IMG/VR virus record: IMGVR_UViG_3300050011_000099
Reading direction: 5' to 3' (one strand)
Length of the DNA: 42,884 nt
Source: a virus
In this document: positions 39,782 through 42,884 of the stretch, piece after piece
Layout: every line of letters begins with the position of its first letter
Numbering within the stretch: the stretch's first letter is position 1
The notes under the pieces: model-generated
Database searches by the model: none
Told to the model about the DNA's origin: nothing
The model's input: the letters and a program-made list of their open reading frames with translations, nothing else
Translations under genes and position numbers: made by a program

Positions 39782-40404
39782 TGAGAACACGCTCGAAAGT
39801 CGCAATCGGAGCGTCATTGGCCGTAGGTTTCGGCGTTCTGTGCGTAGTTGGACCTGGACCAGCCGGAGCTTCCACCCAAACACTTGATTCCACGCAGGCC
39901 GAAGAGCAAATGTTTTTGGCCGCGAATCCTGCATCTCCGGTCTCGATGTACGGAGTGTGGGATAACAACCTGCTCCCCGATTGCCAGTATGCCGCGGCCG
40001 CGAACCTCGTTATCGCCGAGTTTCCCCAAGCCGTCATCACCACGGATGAGGTCGTAACGGCCTTTGACACCTACGGCATAGGTTGGATCGGTTCGTACTG
40101 GGCCGGTCAGTGGTATGTGGTGAACGTGGGTTTTGACGGCCACCAAGCAAATTCAGTGACGACCATAAACGAAAGCCAAGTTCTACCAGCCGCGAATCAA
40201 GGCGGGGTTGAGGTACAGATTTCGGAGCAAGCGTGGGGCCAACCAGCGAACTTGTCCCACGACATCGCCATCGTCAAGGCTACGTCAACCGACGTGTTCA
40301 TAGTTAATTCCTGGTACGCCACCGTCCAGGATTACAGTTGGGCTAATTGGAACACCATGATTGCTCCCTACGTCATTGCGTATTCTGCGGTTACCTGGAA
40401 TTGA
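39781..40404 (+). CDS. Secreted papain-fold cysteine-peptidase-like protein (207 aa).
   Basis: The GTG start overlaps the upstream TAG. The signal peptide is MRTRSKVAIGASLAVGFGVLCVVGPGPAGAS. Motifs are VWDNNLLPDCQYAAAAN, SHDIAIV and VNSW, colinear with 4115..5257. Confidence 0.5.
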   Translation: MRTRSKVAIGASLAVGFGVLCVVGPGPAGASTQTLDSTQAEEQMFLAANPASPVSMYGVWDNNLLPDCQYAAAANLVIAEFPQAVITTDEVVTAFDTYGIGWIGSYWAGQWYVVNVGFDGHQANSVTTINESQVLPAANQGGVEVQISEQAWGQPANLSHDIAIVKATSTDVFIVNSWYATVQDYSWANWNTMIAPYVIAYSAVTWN

Positions 40405-40472
40405 CCATACGAGAGGGCCAGGCCCCTTAGGTTACTGGCCAGTATTGGCTTCACAGAATCGCTGACAGGCTT

Positions 40473-40799
40473 CTAGTACCCTGCACAACCGTGCAAATCA
40501 GGCCAACCGTATCTTTTAGCGAATTGCCACAAGGCCCAGGATTGTTCTACCGGAGTGGCTAAATCCATTCTTGACGGCATGGAAGGCGCTTTGAACTCTT
40601 GCCAGGTGGAATTAAGCCATCCCAAGCCACCAAAGTAGCGAGGGCCATGCACATGCCATCCGGCGGCGGATTCTTCACAGACGTGCACCTTCATGGTCAT
40701 CTGCATGATCTTGGGCGTCACCAAAGGACTAGCAGCGCAGTTGGTGGCGAGAACTAACGAAGCGGTAAAAATCAGGACTGAAACGGTTCGGCGTATCAA
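40473..40799 (-). CDS. Secreted transglycosylase-like (Rpf-like) protein (108 aa).
   Basis: TTG start with the signal peptide MIRRTVSVLIFTASLVLATNCAAS. VCEESAAGW..YFGGLGWLNSTW..EQ..GW..C follows the CES-G-W...YGGLQF...TW...EQ...GW...C pattern of Rpf domains. Confidence 0.6.
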   Translation of the reverse strand: MIRRTVSVLIFTASLVLATNCAASPLVTPKIMQMTMKVHVCEESAAGWHVHGPRYFGGLGWLNSTWQEFKAPSMPSRMDLATPVEQSWALWQFAKRYGWPDLHGCAGY

Positions 40800-40858
40800 T
40801 GGAGGCCTTTGAACGAGGGACGGGCACCTTCTTAGGGCTTATATTCACGTACCTCCCT

Positions 40859-41017
40859 TCAGACTCTCGGTTCCGGACAATCGTAACGGATGATGTTCTC
40901 ATCAACGGTGCATAGGGATGGGCACATGCAAAAGCCCATGACGCATCCTGCTAAGACGTGCTGATCCAGTGCGCTTTCGGATTCCAGCTCGACATTTTTG
41001 ATTTCCGCATCGCTCAT
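40859..41017 (-). CDS. Cys-rich small protein (52 aa), not in the ORF track.
   Basis: ATGA overlap with the upstream stop at 41014-41017. Translation: MSDAEIKNVELESESALDQHVLAGCVMGFCMCPSLCTVDENIIRYDCPEPRV. AGGGAGG follows its stop. Confidence 0.45.
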   Translation of the reverse strand: MSDAEIKNVELESESALDQHVLAGCVMGFCMCPSLCTVDENIIRYDCPEPRV

Positions 41018-41184
41018 TCAGGGGGTTCTCCTGAAATGCCGGACACTGGAATTTGTGCTTCGCCGTAAAGCAGAAGCTCTCTATAGAGTCGTTTGTCGGC
41101 TTTCTTCAATCGAAATTGCCACCAATGACGCGGTTTCTTGAGCGTGACAATCGGATCGTCAATGAAAATGTAGTCCCGGCTCAT
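41014..41184 (-). CDS. Hypothetical basic protein (56 aa).
   Basis: The internal ATG at 41184 forms an ATGA overlap with the upstream stop. The longer ORF to 41307 overlaps out of frame. Confidence 0.5.
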   Translation of the reverse strand: MSRDYIFIDDPIVTLKKPRHWWQFRLKKADKRLYRELLLYGEAQIPVSGISGEPPE

Positions 41185-41510
41185 TCCCCCACCTCTCCTG
41201 AAATGGCCGAAAAAGCGGAAATTGCAGCCGCCAACTTCACGACCTCTTGAGCGTCCATCACCGCAATAACGTCGGGAGTGTATGGCGCGTGAGGTCCGTA
41301 GTTGCAATATGAACGGCGCCCTTCAACCCAATCTTCCAATCGGGCCAAAAGTTCGTCGCGTCGCGTCACAACCACGTCAAGCCCAATCGCCCAATAGCCG
41401 TTGTCCTGTCGAAATTGCTCTCCGACCTTCACCGACTTGCCCCACTGGTCCTCAATCTCAACGAACTCCATGTGCGGTCCTTCGCCCGAAAGCACGATAT
41501 TTATTCTCAT
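41181..41510 (-). CDS. Hypothetical protein (109 aa).
   Basis: The ATG at 41510 follows GAGGAA and forms an ATGA overlap with the upstream stop. Confidence 0.6.
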   Translation of the reverse strand: MRINIVLSGEGPHMEFVEIEDQWGKSVKVGEQFRQDNGYWAIGLDVVVTRRDELLARLEDWVEGRRSYCNYGPHAPYTPDVIAVMDAQEVVKLAAAISAFSAISGEVGE

Positions 41511-41722
41511 TTCAGTTCCTCTGGTTGAACGACTGGGGGAGCCAAAAGGCAAGTTTCACCGGTTGGATCAAAGTCGCTACATTCGGCGTGTGAGCAAGTT
41601 TCTGGCGTTTCCGGCTCTCTAACGACTGGGGGAGTGGACAAATCTGACATGTCGTTCCCGTCTAGCACCGTCCCGAATCGTTCGAGAATTTCGTAAAGTT
41701 CAGTTGGGTCGCGGTCACTCAT
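41507..41722 (-). CDS. Hypothetical acidic protein (71 aa).
   Basis: ATGA overlaps at both ends. Confidence 0.6.
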   Translation of the reverse strand: MSDRDPTELYEILERFGTVLDGNDMSDLSTPPVVREPETPETCSHAECSDFDPTGETCLLAPPVVQPEELK

Positions 41723-42009
41723 TCGCGGGGCTCCCCAGGCTCAGAAAACGAAACGCACGCGGGCCATTTCAGCCTGATGTCTGTTGCAGGACCGTTCGTG
41801 GCGTTCAGTTCGCATTTGATGTAGCGCCCGTGACGAACGCAGTGAGCGCACTCGCCGCAGATTCCTTCTCCCCTCAGAGCGCGGCGCGAAACGGGATGCA
41901 TCCCTCTGTCGAGCCACGCCTGATTTCGCAGCGTCCGACGCTTGTCAATACTGAGTTTCTCGTCAAGCGGCTTCTCTATCGCTGGCAAATCGAAAAGTGC
42001 GTCGCTCAT
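41719..42009 (-). CDS. Hypothetical Cys-rich protein (96 aa).
   Basis: ATGA overlaps at both ends. The motif is CGECAHC..KC...PAC. Confidence 0.6.
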   Translation of the reverse strand: MSDALFDLPAIEKPLDEKLSIDKRRTLRNQAWLDRGMHPVSRRALRGEGICGECAHCVRHGRYIKCELNATNGPATDIRLKWPACVSFSEPGEPRE

Positions 42010-42695
42010 TCTTGCGGCCCTACAGAAAACGTCACGAAATCCCAGTCCTCGTCGTACGATTCGGCGGTGAAGGTGTAGTTAAGTTCCATCGCCAGGAGTT
42101 CCAACTGAGGACGAAGCGCCGGGCACTCGTAGTCGCTCAGAACGGTCGGGCGTCCACTTTTCAGTCGGTGGCGCAGGTCCGAATAGCGAACGCCGCACAC
42201 GAAGGCGTGGTCATCGAGCGTGCCGCCTCCGGATTTACACACGACGAACGGGACCACCAATTCGTGCTCGTGCTCGACAGGTGGCGCCAGCGAAGTTCCG
42301 CAGTCGGGGCAGAATGCATAATCAATAGATTCGTCCGACCAAAGAATGGTGGTCAAGTCTCCATTTTCATCATAAGAATCCAAGCATGTGTGATTTGTCG
42401 GGCACCCCCCCACGCTCGGTGCAACGGGAGGCGCGGACGATTCAAGTTCATTGATTTGCTCAATGAGTTCCGAGTACACGGTCTTTGCGATTCGGCTTCG
42501 GACTCGGGCGACCGTGTACAACATCGCCAGTCGGTTTGCTTCGGGCAGTTCTTCAAACGAGACTGGCGTTTGTGACTGCCAGCCAAATCGAGCAGCTTCC
42601 TCCTCGTACACGTCGTGGAAGAGTCGCGCCATTTCAAGATTTTCAGGGCTCCACGCTATCGGCGGTACGGGTGATACATCGGGGGTGGGGGTCAT
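42006..42695 (-). CDS. Protein (229 aa) with an N-terminal RyR-like domain and a Cys-rich C-terminal half.
   Basis: LFHDVYEEEAARFGWQSQTPVSFEELPEANRLAMLYTV resembles the H-x-W...GW-x-G...(Y/F)-x-x-L-P-E pattern of bacterial and phage RyR domains. The call is from memory of the motif. Confidence 0.5.
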   Translation of the reverse strand: MTPTPDVSPVPPIAWSPENLEMARLFHDVYEEEAARFGWQSQTPVSFEELPEANRLAMLYTVARVRSRIAKTVYSELIEQINELESSAPPVAPSVGGCPTNHTCLDSYDENGDLTTILWSDESIDYAFCPDCGTSLAPPVEHEHELVVPFVVCKSGGGTLDDHAFVCGVRYSDLRHRLKSGRPTVLSDYECPALRPQLELLAMELNYTFTAESYDEDWDFVTFSVGPQE

Positions 42696-42884
42696 AGTTC
42701 GCTCTCGATTCGCACGACGAGCCAGTTTGAGTATTTGTTCCAGACGGCACTCCTGGCGGCACTCTCGGCGGCACTCTCGGCGGCACTCTCGGCGGCACTC
42801 TCGGCGGCACTCTCGGCGGCACTCTCGGCGGCACTCTCGGCGGCACTCTCGGCGGCACTCTCGGCGGCACTCTCGGCGGCACTC
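42692..42884 (-). CDS. 3' part of the wrap-around repeat gene (paralog A).
   Basis: The frame through the 12-mers reads (SAAE)n SAARSAVWNKYSNWLVVRIESEL, then TGA at 42694-42692. That stop overlaps the next ATG (ATGA). The ORF track lists only the wrong-frame PPRV ORF here. Confidence 0.8.
   Translation of the reverse strand, partial: SAAESAAESAAESAAESAAESAAESAAESAAESAAESAAESAARSAVWNKYSNWLVVRIESEL
42743..42884 (-). repeat. 12-bp tandem repeat: one variant unit gacggcactcct, then ggcggcactctc x10.8.
   Basis: Read directly. Bases 42755-42884 are identical to 1-130. Confidence 0.95.

Noticed and set aside
40416-40440. Bidirectional terminator between the convergent operons.
   Set aside because: The stem is only 6 bp (ggccag/ctggcc) with a 13-nt loop and no U-tracts. 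It is too weak to call.
42643-42882. 79-aa ORF reading MPPRVPPRV...
   Set aside because: This is the wrong frame through the 12-mers. The S-A-A-E frame joins the conserved KYSNWLVVRIESEL tail and the ATGA-coupled stop at 42692.

Overview
The window looks like one complete, circularly permuted genome of a tailed dsDNA phage. It is about 42.75 kb once a 130-nt end overlap is removed. Gene content is podovirus-like: I recognise no tape measure or tail-tube genes. The first and last 130 nt are identical runs of the 12-mer ggcggcactctc, and one gene runs off the left edge and re-enters at the right edge.

Roughly 38 kb is a single minus-strand gene train, tightly coupled by ATGA, GTGA and TAATG overlaps. 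In transcription order it encodes:
- TerL with an N-terminal HTH extension, then the portal
- an embedded endonuclease VII and a P/Q-rich protein
- four large low-complexity proteins (1496, 547, 559 and 411 aa)
- the scaffold and an HK97-fold major capsid protein of the N4-gp56-like type
- small connector genes
- a tail fibre, tailspike and glycosyltransferase block, then a 930-aa tail protein
- a lysis cassette
- a possible Rad52/Sak-like annealing protein and small DNA-binding genes
- two tandem paralogs built from 12-bp coding repeats
- small genes ending in a secreted Rpf-like protein

A convergent plus-strand operon (37434-40404) encodes small proteins rich in Zn-ribbon motifs and a secreted papain-like protein. 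There are five free-standing nuclease genes: three HNH, one endonuclease VII and one GIY-YIG. I recognise no DNA polymerase, primase, helicase, integrase or repressor.

The most interesting observations are:
1. The paralog pair at the window junction has Ala-rich arrays with a 4-residue period. In one array, variation is confined to two non-synonymous positions per 12-mer. The other array is perfectly homogenised.
2. A helically phased cluster of consensus DnaA boxes (2993-3057) sits in a genome with no recognisable replication genes.
3. About 9 kb of low-complexity proteins lies between the portal and scaffold genes.
4. Two glycosyltransferases sit inside the tail module.
5. A tRNA-like 3' fragment with encoded CCA lies beside a long hairpin and an island of about 36% GC.

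All functional calls come from reading motifs by eye. None is database-verified.
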